A DNA stretch of 64,000 nucleotides from an uncultured Ruminococcus sp. (GCA_964384555.1 CAYLLA010000002.1:1659-65658); one strand, 5' to 3'; positions 51,245 through 61,070 are shown, numbered from the stretch's first letter. Numbers and translations: made by a program. The notes: generated from the letters alone by a model not told the origin.

Positions 51245-51890
51245 TGGCGAGTACTTGCGGCGTCCCCGTAAACGCATCCATTGTTGCGCTATCGGCGGAA
51301 TTTATGCCCTCGCGGCGCAGTACGCAGCGCACGGTGGCGAGAATGATCTTTATATCTGTAATAAGACTGATCGTTTGTGTGTATTCGATATCATGTGCAA
51401 AGCGCTCCTCCCAGCTTGAGAGGTTACGACCGTTGACTTGAGCCAGTCCCGTAAGTCCGGGGCGCACATCGTGGCGGTGGTGTTGCTCCTCATTGTAGAG
51501 CGGCAGGTATTTTACAAGCAACGGTCTTGGTCCCACTATGCTCATCTTGCCGCGAAAGATATCCCAAAGCTCGGGGAGCTCATCAAGGCTTGTGGAGCGC
51601 AGTTTGCGGCCGAAGCCGGTCAGGCGCTCGGCATCCGGCAGGAGGTGGCCGTCCTTATCGCGTGCATCCGTCATGGTGCGGAACTTATGCATTTTAAATA
51701 TCTTTTCGTCCCGCCCGGGGCGTTCTTGGCAAAATATCACCGGGCTGCCCAGCTTTATCCTCACCAGTATCGCAGTCACGAGCATGACCGGGGAGAGTAT
51801 TACAAGTGCCGCGCCGGAGAGCAATATATCAAGCAAGCGTTTTATGTATTTTTCGTATATCCCCGCGCGGCGTTTGGCGTGCCCCATCAT
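51234..51890 (-). CDS. Small monotopic phosphoglycosyl transferase (PglC/WbaP C-terminal type), initiating enzyme
   Basis: KRLLDILLSGAALVILSPVM...GSPVIFCQERPGRDEKIFKMHKFRTM. Confidence 0.85.
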   Translation of the reverse strand: MMGHAKRRAGIYEKYIKRLLDILLSGAALVILSPVMLVTAILVRIKLGSPVIFCQERPGRDEKIFKMHKFRTMTDARDKDGHLLPDAERLTGFGRKLRSTSLDELPELWDIFRGKMSIVGPRPLLVKYLPLYNEEQHHRHDVRPGLTGLAQVNGRNLSSWEERFAHDIEYTQTISLITDIKIILATVRCVLRREGINSADSATMDAFTGTPQVLANEK

Positions 51891-53011
51891 TCAAACAGCC
51901 CCCTGATGACCGCGCACACAGTGTCTACCTCTGCCATGCTCATTTTTGTATCGCTCGGCAGGCAGACTCCGCGGGCAAATATATCATTGCAAACAGGCTC
52001 GTCCGTAATGCTCACAAAAGGCGCGTCGGCAAATATCGGTTGCAGGTTCATTGGCTTCCAAATGTGTCTGCCTTCGATGTTTGCGGCATCAAGTGCCGCC
52101 AAAAGCTCGGCTGGCGTTACTCGCTCACCCTCGTTGATGAGCAGGGAGGAGAGCCAACGGTTGGGGGCGGATCTGTCAAGTGCGGGCTGCATTACGAGGG
52201 GAAGTCCCGCAAGTCCCGCACGGTATCTTTCAAATATCGCACGTTTTTGTTCAACGCGCAGGGGCAGGACCTTGGCCTGACCGCGACCTATGCCCGCCGA
52301 GATGTTGCTGAGGCGGTAATTGTAGCCTATCTCCTCATGCTGATACCAAGGGTACGGCTCGCGCGCCTGCGTTGCCAGCTTTAGTGCGTGGCGGGCGGTG
52401 GCCTCATCATGGCACAGCAGCATGCCGCCGCCGGAGGTGGTGATTATTTTATTTCCGTTAAAGGAGAGCGCGCCAAAATCGCCGAACGTACCGCATTTTT
52501 TGCCGTCGTATTCAGAGCCGAGTGCCTCGGCGGCATCCTCAATAAGTGCCACGCCGGCATCCGTGCAGATCTCGCGAAGCTCCGCAAGCTTTGCGGGTGT
52601 GCCGTAAAGGTGAACGGCGACAACCGCGCGAGGCTTGCCGTATATATCAAAGGCGCGGCGCAGTGCGGCAGGGTCGATGTTCCATGTCTCGCGCTCGCTG
52701 TCTATAAACACCGGGCGTGCGCCCACATATGTAACCGGATTTACCGATGCCGAAAAGGTAAGGCTTTGACAGAACACAAGGTCGCCCGGTTTGACTCCCG
52801 CCAACAGCATAGACATATGCAGTGCGGCCGTGCCGGAGGCGAGCGCTACCGTTTGCTCCGCGCCGGTATATGCGGCAATGTCTCGCTCAAAGCCCGTCAC
52901 GTTCTCGCCAAGCGGTGCGATCCAGTTTTTCTCAAATGCGTCCCTTATGTATTCAAGCTCATAGCCCTCGTCGGACATATGAGGTGTTGCAAGCATGATC
53001 CTTTTGTTCAT
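51887..53011 (-). CDS. DegT/DnrJ/EryC1-family sugar aminotransferase (PglE-like)
   Basis: First gene of the operon, with PLP-aminotransferase motifs (SFNGNKIITTSGGG). Confidence 0.85.
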   Translation of the reverse strand: MNKRIMLATPHMSDEGYELEYIRDAFEKNWIAPLGENVTGFERDIAAYTGAEQTVALASGTAALHMSMLLAGVKPGDLVFCQSLTFSASVNPVTYVGARPVFIDSERETWNIDPAALRRAFDIYGKPRAVVAVHLYGTPAKLAELREICTDAGVALIEDAAEALGSEYDGKKCGTFGDFGALSFNGNKIITTSGGGMLLCHDEATARHALKLATQAREPYPWYQHEEIGYNYRLSNISAGIGRGQAKVLPLRVEQKRAIFERYRAGLAGLPLVMQPALDRSAPNRWLSSLLINEGERVTPAELLAALDAANIEGRHIWKPMNLQPIFADAPFVSITDEPVCNDIFARGVCLPSDTKMSMAEVDTVCAVIRGLFE

Positions 53012-53097
53012 TTCAGTTCATCCCGATAAGATCTAAAACAGTAGCCTTGCGGCCGCTTTTGCGCGGTGATGATAACGGCCGGGTACTCTTGTATTAA

Positions 53098-53126
53098 ATT
53101 ATACCACTATTTCTCTAAAAAAGCAA
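53098..53126 (-). promoter_or_regulatory. Candidate promoter of the polysaccharide operon
   Basis: On the minus strand: TTGCTT (53126-53121), 17-nt spacer ending TGg, TATAAT (53103-53098). Confidence 0.5.
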
Positions 53127-53174
53127 TAGATTTGAGTTAAATATTGAATTTTATTTTGTTGCAGGTTTCATGAG

Positions 53175-53375
53175 AGGAGCGCCGGCTCCCCTATTGGGTG
53201 TGCTCCTAATATTGACAGCACGTACATAGTGCACAGCCCACCTCATCCGTCATGGATCACCGGAAAATCCACAAAAACGACGTTTTTGTGGGTCGTCCCC
53301 TGATCAGTGACGGAGGAGGAGGTAAAATTAGATTTTTGCGCAAGCAAAAATTTCATATAGAAAGCAAGAGTCTAC
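53175..53375. repeat. Structured intergenic repeat, copy B
   Basis: The block 53196-53253 is homologous to 1211-1268. The shared 13-mer lies at 53354-53366. The internal hairpin module differs (ccacaaaaacg/cgtttttgtgg nested in an imperfect cctcatccgtca...tgacggaggagg stem). Confidence 0.6.
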
Positions 53376-53407
53376 GATCCCGCAGGCGCGAAGAGCCTGC
53401 CCAACAT

Positions 53408-53450
53408 TTAAAACAAAGCCACCCCGCCGCGGCATATTGCCGCGGCGGGG
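53408..53450 (-). terminator. Terminator after the 950-aa lipoprotein gene
   Basis: 13-bp stem ccccgccgcggca / tgccgcggcgggg, then tggctttgtttt on the minus strand. Confidence 0.85.
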
Positions 53451-53463
53451 TAGTGGGGTGGCG

Positions 53464-56316
53464 TTACCAGCTCCAATCGGTATAGCCGCCGCCTTTTATG
53501 TCGTTTTGGTAGCAATGCACCAATCTGCCGCCCTGAACGCAAATGCCGTCGGTGCGGTCGCCGCCGTAAAATACCATATCGTCACTTGCATATCGTGTGG
53601 CATTTTCGAGTATCTTTTTACGTGAGTTGCCTGCCACGGCACCTCCGCTCGTTTGCGGGGCAAACACTACCGTGGCCTGTATCTTGGGATACAGCGCGAT
53701 ATCGTTGTAAACATGGTGCGCTATCTGCACTATGTCGCCGCGCATGGCGGAATCGCTGTACATATCAAGTATCCTGTTTGCCGCGGGCTTGTTGATATCG
53801 CCCAGCAGCCAGAATGACTTGCCGTCAAACTCGATCTTAAGCACCATGCTGGAGTTGTTAAAGTCACCTGCCACGCCGCTGATGCCGGTGGTGGCGTTTA
53901 CAAGATCCTCATGCGTGTACATAACGTGCACCTTGATATCGGCAAGGCTGAATGTCTCTCCCGTGTGTACCTGCATGAATTTTATCTGCTCGCGCGGGAA
54001 GTACTTTTGCAGATACTGTATGAGCTTTGCTTGGTTGTTCATGCCGTCGCGGAAGATCTCGGTCTCTGAATAGAATGACGGGAAGTTAAAGAACACGCGC
54101 TCGAGCGTCAGCTGTGAGCTGTACTCCTTAAAGAAGAGCGATATTCCCGCCAGGTGGTCGTTGTGTGCGTGGGTCACCGCCCATGCGGCGATCTTTATCT
54201 TGCCGGTCTTGATTCCCGTGACCTCGCGCAAAAAGTCCATAAATCCGCGGCGCTGCGCAGCATCAAATTGCTTGTGACTGCCGCCGTCCATTACAAATAC
54301 AGAGTTATCGGCAAGCTTTATCACATACATCATGCCGCAGTTTATGCGGGTCTTGCCGTCGGTATCCTTTCCGCTTGAGCCGAGACTGTTCATGGGAACG
54401 CCGTATTGGTAGAGCACTGTGCTGTCGCTTGACTGCTTTGTGTAGGTGTAGCCAAAGTCTTGGACAGTTCCGTCACTGCTCTTATCAAGGATCACACGTA
54501 CCTCTTTGGTGTTGTTGGTGTAATAGGTATAGATCAGCTGATCGTAGCCGGTGTACTGCGCGTAGACACTGTTATCATAGCTGTAGCTGTAGACCTCGCT
54601 ATAGCCGTACTGCTTAAGGCGTGCACGGTAGTCGTTAAAGCCGCCAAGGGAGGTGGAGGATACTATCATCTCCATCGTTTCGTTTGCCTTGGGGAGCAGG
54701 GGATCATCGATGCCCTGGCCGCCGCGATAGAGATTGGATGCGTACTTTCCGCCAACATAGGATGGCACTGTGCGCAGCAGCCACTTTGTGCCCTCGTTTG
54801 AGCTGTATATGCCGCAGACTGTGCAACGGCGGTCGCCGGTACTTCCGACGTAGGTGTAGCTGTGGGGAAGCTGACGTCCTATAACGCCGCAATAAATGCA
54901 ACGCTCGGGGTCGCCGCAGGTGTTGTCGGCGGTGAATTTATGGCCGGAGCACCCTGAGCTCTTGGAGGTCAAAAGCGGGTTTTTGAGGTCGCTCGGCTGT
55001 TCGCCCGTGCCCTCCCAAATTATAATGTTATCGATGTAGCCGTTCTGCGCGCCGCCGGTCTTGATGGCAATGCCGCCGCCAAGCTCATCGGGCGAGCAGT
55101 ATTTTTTGATGTCGCCGAATGCCGTGGGGGAGCTTACGAGCGTCCATTTGTCACTGCCGGGGTAGCCTGGGGTGTTTACGCGCATGTAAACGGTGGCACC
55201 GCGGCTCCAATCCATGACATAGCGGATGGATACGCTGATGCCGGAGAATGACTGCTGCGAGCTCTTGTAGCTCTTGCCGAGCAGCTTTGAGATTATGGAA
55301 TTTGAGTTGGTGTTTGCGGCGTAATCCTTGGTGCCGGATCTGTCATAGGTATACCATGAGCCGAAGTAGTGGATCTGGTTGTTTGCCGTGCCGCGGTTGC
55401 GGAAGTGGAAGGAGTTGTAGTTCGTACCGTTGTAATCGATCACAAGGGCAATGTAACGGTCGGCCGCGGAGGCATCGGCGTAGAGGATATCATACTGATA
55501 TGTATAGTTCTGCTCATGATATGCGCCAAACTGCGCGGGGGTGAGGACTATTACATAAGAGTCGCTTGCATCGCTTGTGTTGTTTTTGATATACAGCATG
55601 CGGCTGCCGTTTTGATCGACAATGCTGTATTTAGAGGTGTTGTTTTTGTATGCGCCGTTCTTTACTGTATCCTTGGTCCAGGACAGGCGCTGAAGCACAA
55701 GATCACTGCTTGCGGAGAGGGACTGATCGTCAAAATTCTGATAGTAGATCAAACGTCCCGCAGGCTCGGGGTCGGGAGTCTTTGTAGTTTCCGGGGCTTT
55801 AGTAGTCTCGGGGACCTTGGTGGTCTCGGGAGCTTTAGTGGTCTCCGGGGCTTTAGTGGTCTCCGGGGCTTTGGTAGTCTCGGGGGCTTTGGTAGTCTCG
55901 GGGGCTTTGGTAGTCTCGGGGGCTTTAGTAGTCTCGGGAGCTTTTGTAGTTTCGGGAGCCTTTGTAGTCTCGGGGGCTTTAGTGGTTTCCGGGGCTTTGG
56001 TGGTCTCGGGAGCTTTAGTAGTCTCAGGAGCTTTTGTAGTTTCCGGGGCTTTAGTGGTCTCGGGAGTCTTTGTGGTCTCGGGAGTCTTTGTAGTCTCCGG
56101 CGCCGCTGTCGTTTCCTCGGGGGCGGTCGTCACAGGCGGCACTTCCGTGGTGTCCGGGGGATCGGCGGATGATACCGGGGCGGCGGTGGAGTCTGTCCCC
56201 TCGGTAGTGGTCTCGCCTCCGCTTTGCGGCTTGCAGGCGACAAGCGAGAGCAGGGTAGTGGCGATCATGATAACTGCCAATATCAGTGACAGTATCCGTG
56301 TCGGTCTTCGTGTCAT
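53464..56316 (-). CDS. Large lipoprotein: PETTK-repeat stalk, LamG/lectin-like region, Cys-rich module, C-terminal metallo-beta-lactamase-fold domain
   Basis: Lipobox LVAC; about 18 x (A/T/V)PETTK; CSGHKF...CGDPERCIYCG...CTVCG; MBL motif VTHAHNDHLAG. Confidence 0.7.
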   Translation of the reverse strand: MTRRPTRILSLILAVIMIATTLLSLVACKPQSGGETTTEGTDSTAAPVSSADPPDTTEVPPVTTAPEETTAAPETTKTPETTKTPETTKAPETTKAPETTKAPETTKAPETTKAPETTKAPETTKAPETTKAPETTKAPETTKAPETTKAPETTKAPETTKAPETTKVPETTKAPETTKTPDPEPAGRLIYYQNFDDQSLSASSDLVLQRLSWTKDTVKNGAYKNNTSKYSIVDQNGSRMLYIKNNTSDASDSYVIVLTPAQFGAYHEQNYTYQYDILYADASAADRYIALVIDYNGTNYNSFHFRNRGTANNQIHYFGSWYTYDRSGTKDYAANTNSNSIISKLLGKSYKSSQQSFSGISVSIRYVMDWSRGATVYMRVNTPGYPGSDKWTLVSSPTAFGDIKKYCSPDELGGGIAIKTGGAQNGYIDNIIIWEGTGEQPSDLKNPLLTSKSSGCSGHKFTADNTCGDPERCIYCGVIGRQLPHSYTYVGSTGDRRCTVCGIYSSNEGTKWLLRTVPSYVGGKYASNLYRGGQGIDDPLLPKANETMEMIVSSTSLGGFNDYRARLKQYGYSEVYSYSYDNSVYAQYTGYDQLIYTYYTNNTKEVRVILDKSSDGTVQDFGYTYTKQSSDSTVLYQYGVPMNSLGSSGKDTDGKTRINCGMMYVIKLADNSVFVMDGGSHKQFDAAQRRGFMDFLREVTGIKTGKIKIAAWAVTHAHNDHLAGISLFFKEYSSQLTLERVFFNFPSFYSETEIFRDGMNNQAKLIQYLQKYFPREQIKFMQVHTGETFSLADIKVHVMYTHEDLVNATTGISGVAGDFNNSSMVLKIEFDGKSFWLLGDINKPAANRILDMYSDSAMRGDIVQIAHHVYNDIALYPKIQATVVFAPQTSGGAVAGNSRKKILENATRYASDDMVFYGGDRTDGICVQGGRLVHCYQNDIKGGGYTDWSW
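55780..56103 (-). repeat. About 18 x 18-nt in-frame tandem repeat (APETTK)
   Basis: ggggctttagtggtctcc-type units on the plus strand. Copy number is hand-counted and approximate. Confidence 0.85.
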
Positions 56317-56492
56317 TGCAGTTAGGTCCTTTCATTGTGGCGGCCGTGCGATGTAGGTCCGCTCGTTGTTTAAATTATACCATCACTGCGGTATCAAAGT
56401 CAATATTTTTCGGGCAATTACAATAAAAAAATATCGGATGCACCGAAAAATATCGGTGCATCCGATGGGTCATCGTCTAACACGTGTGATTT

Positions 56493-57716
56493 TTATTTGA
56501 CAGTGACTTTCTTGTAGGCTTTTTTGCCGCGGCGGAAGACTATTCCCGCACGCAGTGCATCGCCTGTGTATTTTGCCTTAAGATCCGTCACCTTTTCGCC
56601 GTCGGCGGAAACACCGCCCTGCTCAACGGCGCGGCGTGCCTCTGATTTGGAGGCCACAAGTCCCGCCTTTACAAGGATGGTGAGTATATCCATGTCGCCC
56701 GCCTCGTCAAGATCCGCGGCGGAAAGCTCGGTGGTGGGGATGGCGGCATCCGCTCCAGCTCCAAAGAGGGCGCGTGCGCTCGCCTCGGCGCGTTCTGCCT
56801 CCTCCTTGCCGTGAACAAGCGAGGTGAGCTCAAAGGCCAGTATCTCCTTTGCGCGGTTAAGATCGCTGCCCTGCCAGCCGTTCATTTCGTTTATCTGCTC
56901 CATAGGCAGGAATGTCAGCATGCGGATGCACTTAAGCACGTCATCATCGCCAACGTTGCGCCAGTACTGATAAAAGTCGTAGGGGCTGGTCTTTTTGGGA
57001 TCGAGCCAAACGGCGTTGCCCGCGGTCTTACCCATCTTTTTGCCCTGCGAGTCGGTAAGCAGGGTAATGGTCATGGCGTGGGCATCCTTACCCAGCTTGC
57101 GGCGGATAAGCTCTGTGCCGCCCAGCATATTGGACCACTGGTCATCGCCGCCAAACTGCATGTTGCAGCCGTACTTTTGGAAGAGATAATAAAAGTCGTA
57201 GGACTGCATTATCATGTAGTTGAATTCAAAGAAGGAGAGACCCTTTTCCATGCGTTGCTTGTAGCACTCGGCGCGCAGCATGTTGTTGACAGAGAAGCAT
57301 GCGCCGACCTCGCGCAAAAGCTCAACATAGTTGAGGTCAAGCAGCCAGTCGGCATTGTTGACCATTTGAGCCTTGCCCTCGCCGAATTCGATAAAGCGCT
57401 CCATCTGACGGCGGAAGCATTCCGCGTTGTGATCTATATCCTCGCGTGTCAGCATCTTGCGCATGTCGGTACGACCGGAGGGGTCGCCTATCATCGTTGT
57501 GCCGCCGCCGATAAGAGCTATGGGCTTGTTGCCCGCCATTTGCAAACGTTTCATAAGCGTGAGCGCCATAAAGTGGCCCGCCGTCAGGCTGTCGGCAGTG
57601 CAGTCAAAGCCGATATAAAACTTTGCCTTGCCCTCGTTCACCATACTGCGGATCTCGTCCTCGTTGGTTACTTGGGCTATGAGACCGCGCGCCCGGAGTT
57701 CTTCGTAGATAGTCAT
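56493..57716 (-). CDS. tyrS: Tyrosine--tRNA ligase
   Basis: MTIYEELRARGLIAQ, HIGH-like LTAGHF, KMGKT (KMSKS), and a C-terminal S4 domain. Confidence 0.95.
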   Translation of the reverse strand: MTIYEELRARGLIAQVTNEDEIRSMVNEGKAKFYIGFDCTADSLTAGHFMALTLMKRLQMAGNKPIALIGGGTTMIGDPSGRTDMRKMLTREDIDHNAECFRRQMERFIEFGEGKAQMVNNADWLLDLNYVELLREVGACFSVNNMLRAECYKQRMEKGLSFFEFNYMIMQSYDFYYLFQKYGCNMQFGGDDQWSNMLGGTELIRRKLGKDAHAMTITLLTDSQGKKMGKTAGNAVWLDPKKTSPYDFYQYWRNVGDDDVLKCIRMLTFLPMEQINEMNGWQGSDLNRAKEILAFELTSLVHGKEEAERAEASARALFGAGADAAIPTTELSAADLDEAGDMDILTILVKAGLVASKSEARRAVEQGGVSADGEKVTDLKAKYTGDALRAGIVFRRGKKAYKKVTVK

Positions 57717-57818
57717 TTTATTTTCCTTTCGGGGATGTTTTGTGCGTTTTTGTGCGATGGCCGTCACCGGTGTGCGGGGGGGCGTATCGATCGATCCGTC
57801 CGTGCCGGCGGCTGATCA

Positions 57819-59351
57819 TCATTGACCCGTCATCGCCTCGTTTATCTTTTTGATGCTTGCGTTCATAACGGATGCGATGGACTTTGCATTGCGCGCCCAA
57901 CCGGAGGCCGTGTTGTTTTTAACGGCATTGCGGAAGGGGGCGTAGGAGTTATTGGCAAGAGGTGTGGTGAATATACGTCCAAGGTCCATAACGACCGTGC
58001 GCTTTATCATGTCATACATCACGCTGTCGTCGGGGCTTTCGGAATAGCGTATCTTCATCGACTGCTCAAACAGTGCGGGTGTTACTCTGCGGTAGCCCTC
58101 GGATCCCATGCATTCAAGCACGGCGGCGGCCGCATCGGCATCACGTGCCTTTACTGATACCGAGTAAAGCGTGTAGGGGAATGCCATGCAGGTCTTGTAT
58201 TCCGTCTGGTTAAGATCGTATTTCGGTATGGGCAGGAGGCCGTATTTAAAGCTTTCGGATCCGTCCTTGAGAGAGCCGGAGGCTATGTAAACACGGTCGA
58301 TGGTGAATATCGTCTGCTCGGCAAGGAATGCCTGCACAGAGGACTGATTGCTTACCGTGCCCTTGGCGTAAGCGTACCCGCTGGAGTGCAGGAAGTTTGT
58401 AACCTTTTCAAGCAGATTTGCGGTCTTCTCTCCTGTATAATCGGGGGAGATAGCCAGCTCGCCATCGGCGTTTTTGATAACAGAGCCGATATCCGAGCCG
58501 ATAAAGAATGCATCAAAGTGCAGATCTATCGTTTCAAAGCCGTAAAAATCGCCGTAGTCAACAAGTCCGTTGCCGTTATCGTCGCGATAAATGCCTTGGC
58601 ACAGCTCGATCAGCTTATCGATAGTCCACTTGCCCTCGTTTGCGATGGCGTAAAGATCGGCCACCGTCATATCCGAATGATGATCCACAAACAGGGTCTT
58701 GTTAAAGAATGTTGCGTACATCATGTAAAGCATGTTGGTGGAGATATCGCCGGAGGTGAAGTACAGCTTGCCATTTATCGTTGCGCTGTCGGTAAGGCTT
58801 TCCGGCCACCAAGGCTTTTCAAAATCAATGTGATCGAGCGCCAGCAGGTTTTGGGTAAGACCGTTCATTGCAAGCGTTGCGGCCGTCATGCTGTAGCCGG
58901 CAAAGATATCATATCCGCCGCCGGCGGCAACACTGTTTGTAGCGGCCTCAACAAAGCCCTTTTGATTGTTAAAGTTGCCCTTTGTTCCCACCCAATCGAG
59001 GGTAACGCCCAGGCGCTCTTCAACCTTTTTATTGCGCTCTATAAGTCTTGAGTTGACGATATTGCCGTCATTTTGATCTTCCTCAATAAAAAACTCGGGG
59101 CGCTCAACATCAGACCAGTACAAAAACGTGACTGTGTCGTTTATCTTAAGTGTCTCGGGCAGATCGTCATCCACAAAGGCGCTGGTGGTCTCCGGGGTGG
59201 CGGGGTCGCTCGTGTTGGGGAGAGTCGTGTCATCGGGGTCGGGCGTTTGGTCGTTTGCGCAGGCAGTAAAGGTCAGCGCAAGCGTGGTGAGAGTGGCAAG
59301 AGCCGCCAGCGCGGCAATGATTCTTTGGAACATCTTTGTACTTTGCTTCAT
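57819..59351 (-). CDS. ABC-transporter extracellular solute-binding lipoprotein (sugar type), orphan
   Basis: Lipobox FTAC and a 510-aa family-1-like SBP. No permease or ATPase gene is adjacent. Confidence 0.65.
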   Translation of the reverse strand: MKQSTKMFQRIIAALAALATLTTLALTFTACANDQTPDPDDTTLPNTSDPATPETTSAFVDDDLPETLKINDTVTFLYWSDVERPEFFIEEDQNDGNIVNSRLIERNKKVEERLGVTLDWVGTKGNFNNQKGFVEAATNSVAAGGGYDIFAGYSMTAATLAMNGLTQNLLALDHIDFEKPWWPESLTDSATINGKLYFTSGDISTNMLYMMYATFFNKTLFVDHHSDMTVADLYAIANEGKWTIDKLIELCQGIYRDDNGNGLVDYGDFYGFETIDLHFDAFFIGSDIGSVIKNADGELAISPDYTGEKTANLLEKVTNFLHSSGYAYAKGTVSNQSSVQAFLAEQTIFTIDRVYIASGSLKDGSESFKYGLLPIPKYDLNQTEYKTCMAFPYTLYSVSVKARDADAAAAVLECMGSEGYRRVTPALFEQSMKIRYSESPDDSVMYDMIKRTVVMDLGRIFTTPLANNSYAPFRNAVKNNTASGWARNAKSIASVMNASIKKINEAMTGQ

Positions 59352-59505
59352 GGTACCGTCCTCCTGTGATAAATGGTGGCCTGTGGCCTTGTTACCGATT
59401 TAATTATACAGTGTTTTAAATGGATTGTCAATACCTGCAATATATAAAATAAACTTATCCTTTAATGCTCTCGCGGGGGAGTGCGGGTGCGCGGTCTGCG
59501 TGCCT

Positions 59506-60261
59506 TTATGCCGCGAGCATGTCAAGCGCAGCGGTAACTATGTTCATGGCGCCGCTGACGGCCATGAAGATATAAACGTATTTTTTGATCTTTTTGCCGT
59601 CAAGACGGTCAAATACCCGCCCGCCGAGCCAAAGCCCCAGCGCCATGCCGATAACGCCGACCGCAAAATAAACGATCACGTTTTTGGTAACAAAGCCGGC
59701 GGCCACCTTGACGCATATCGAGTAGATATTGGATATCGTAAAGTAGGCCTGTATCGTGGCCATATAGTGCTTTGTATCCTGCTCGGATTCCATATAGTAT
59801 ATAACAACGGGAGGTCCGCCCATTGAAAACAGACCGCCGAGAATGCCGGAAAGGCAGCCGCAAATCAGTCCGCCGTACCATGTGGGGCGGATATGTATCT
59901 TTTTTGAAAATACCAAAAAGTAAATGCTCAGCAGTATCAGTGCCGCACCAAGCAGCATGCGCAGCAGTGCATCCCCCTGACCCTTCATAAAGTTGACGGT
60001 GATAAAAATAAACGCCATGTTGCCGATCATGGGGAAGACGAGATTCTTCCAGTTGATGTCGCGGAACATCCTTGCCGCAACGGCAAGCGACATCAGCATC
60101 GAAAGCATGGTGCTGAGCGCGTTTGCCTCGGTGTAGAGGGGCAAAACATAGGGGAGGAACGTCATGGCAAAAATGCCGAAACCAAACCCCGACACACGCT
60201 GAATAAAGCATGCGCCAAAGGCAATGAGTGCTATAAGGATCAGTTGCAGAGAGGTGTCCAT
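59506..60261 (-). CDS. TauE/SafE-family anion exporter
   Basis: 251 aa, eight TM segments, FIQRVSGFGFG. Confidence 0.7.
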   Translation of the reverse strand: MDTSLQLILIALIAFGACFIQRVSGFGFGIFAMTFLPYVLPLYTEANALSTMLSMLMSLAVAARMFRDINWKNLVFPMIGNMAFIFITVNFMKGQGDALLRMLLGAALILLSIYFLVFSKKIHIRPTWYGGLICGCLSGILGGLFSMGGPPVVIYYMESEQDTKHYMATIQAYFTISNIYSICVKVAAGFVTKNVIVYFAVGVIGMALGLWLGGRVFDRLDGKKIKKYVYIFMAVSGAMNIVTAALDMLAA

Positions 60262-60374
60262 CTTTGTGTGCTCTTTTCAAAAAAGATATATATGAATATA
60301 AAAAACATATAACTTATTTTAACACAATTCGCACGCCGTGTCAAGCACGCAAAGCTGTCTTTTTGCCGCGCATG

Positions 60375-60590
60375 TCATGCACTTCGCGGTTGCGGGCGAG
60401 GCTCGACCCGGACATACGGGGCGGGATCGGAGAAATAGAAAGAGCGGATTTCCTCACATCCATCGCCGCTTTTAAGATCCTCATCAGAAAGGATCTCGTC
60501 CGGTTCTTTCTCGGTCGGTTCGATGATCTCATCACCCTTTTCTTGCTGTCCGTAGGTCAATGCTTCCTTGTCATTCATTCGCTTCGTCAT
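60375..60590 (-). CDS. Hypothetical small acidic protein
   Basis: Begins MTKRMNDKEALTYGQQEKGDEIIEPTEKEPDEIL and lies after the cassette terminator. Weak evidence. Confidence 0.3.
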   Translation of the reverse strand: MTKRMNDKEALTYGQQEKGDEIIEPTEKEPDEILSDEDLKSGDGCEEIRSFYFSDPAPYVRVEPRPQPRSA

Positions 60591-60601
60591 TATATGATCA
60601 A

Positions 60602-60631
60602 AGCAGGTGTACCTACTGCGGTACACCTGCT
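60602..60631 (-). terminator. Hairpin terminating the DUF4417 cassette
   Basis: 12-bp perfect stem agcaggtgtacc / ggtacacctgct, 6-nt loop, 16 nt after the stop at 60647. The T tract is weak. Confidence 0.55.
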
Positions 60632-60646
60632 TCTACCGGTTTAGAC

Positions 60647-60970
60647 TTACTCTAACGCTTTCAATCTATCTGTTTCAAAATCCTCGATCACAAAACTGCC
60701 ATCATTGATTGCGTTTAAGCGAGAGACTATTTGTGCGATAAGATCAAGCATAACTTCTTTTTCAGCCTTTTCTTTTTCGTGATTAAACCAACAAGGTTGA
60801 TTATGCGAATCAAACTCGTAATAATCATCAAACATATCGGAAGCTTGTTTGCAGTAGTTTTGCAGAATTGTATCTTCTTCGATAATTGGCAAATCATCAG
60901 TTATGATTCCATCTTCGTATGTCCATATAGGACTGTGTAAAAACTCGTTCATGATTTTAATTACAACCAT
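60647..60970 (-). CDS. Acidic 107-aa protein, candidate immunity/antitoxin partner
   Basis: Asp/Glu-rich. AAAGGA RBS. Its start lies 6 nt after the stop of the alternative frame of the upstream gene. Confidence 0.4.
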   Translation of the reverse strand: MVVIKIMNEFLHSPIWTYEDGIITDDLPIIEEDTILQNYCKQASDMFDDYYEFDSHNQPCWFNHEKEKAEKEVMLDLIAQIVSRLNAINDGSFVIEDFETDRLKALE

Positions 60971-61070
60971 AATTATTTATCCTTTCTTTTTTGGATATGC
61001 TGAGACAACAAATCCATTCGTGCCCAAACCAGTAATTACATGGTAGTTGCCCTCATAATAATAGGTTCGT

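Noticed and set aside
53012-53463. Invertible promoter (inverton) controlling the polysaccharide operon
   Set aside because: I looked for long inverted repeats bracketing the candidate promoter and found only local hairpins belonging to the intergenic repeat and the upstream terminator. No recombinase gene is nearby. Phase variation here appears to be SSR-based instead.
55780-56103. Possible CRISPR array because of regularly spaced 18-nt repeats
   Set aside because: The repeats are contiguous with no spacers. They are in frame within a long ORF and encode a peptide repeat. No cas genes are present in the window.
55369-56356. Gly/Leu/Ser/Val-rich plus-strand ORFs (267 and 179 aa) over the repeat region
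   Set aside because: They are antisense translations of the APETTK repeat of the 950-aa lipoprotein gene.
56811-57815. 334-aa plus-strand ORF opposite tyrS
   Set aside because: tyrS on the minus strand is unambiguous (KMSKS and S4 domain). The plus ORF is an antisense artefact.
57717-57818. T-box leader upstream of tyrS
   Set aside because: Only about 100 nt separate tyrS from the upstream gene. No specifier-loop or T-box consensus (AATTAGAGTGGTACCGCG-like) and no terminator/antiterminator pair could be seen.
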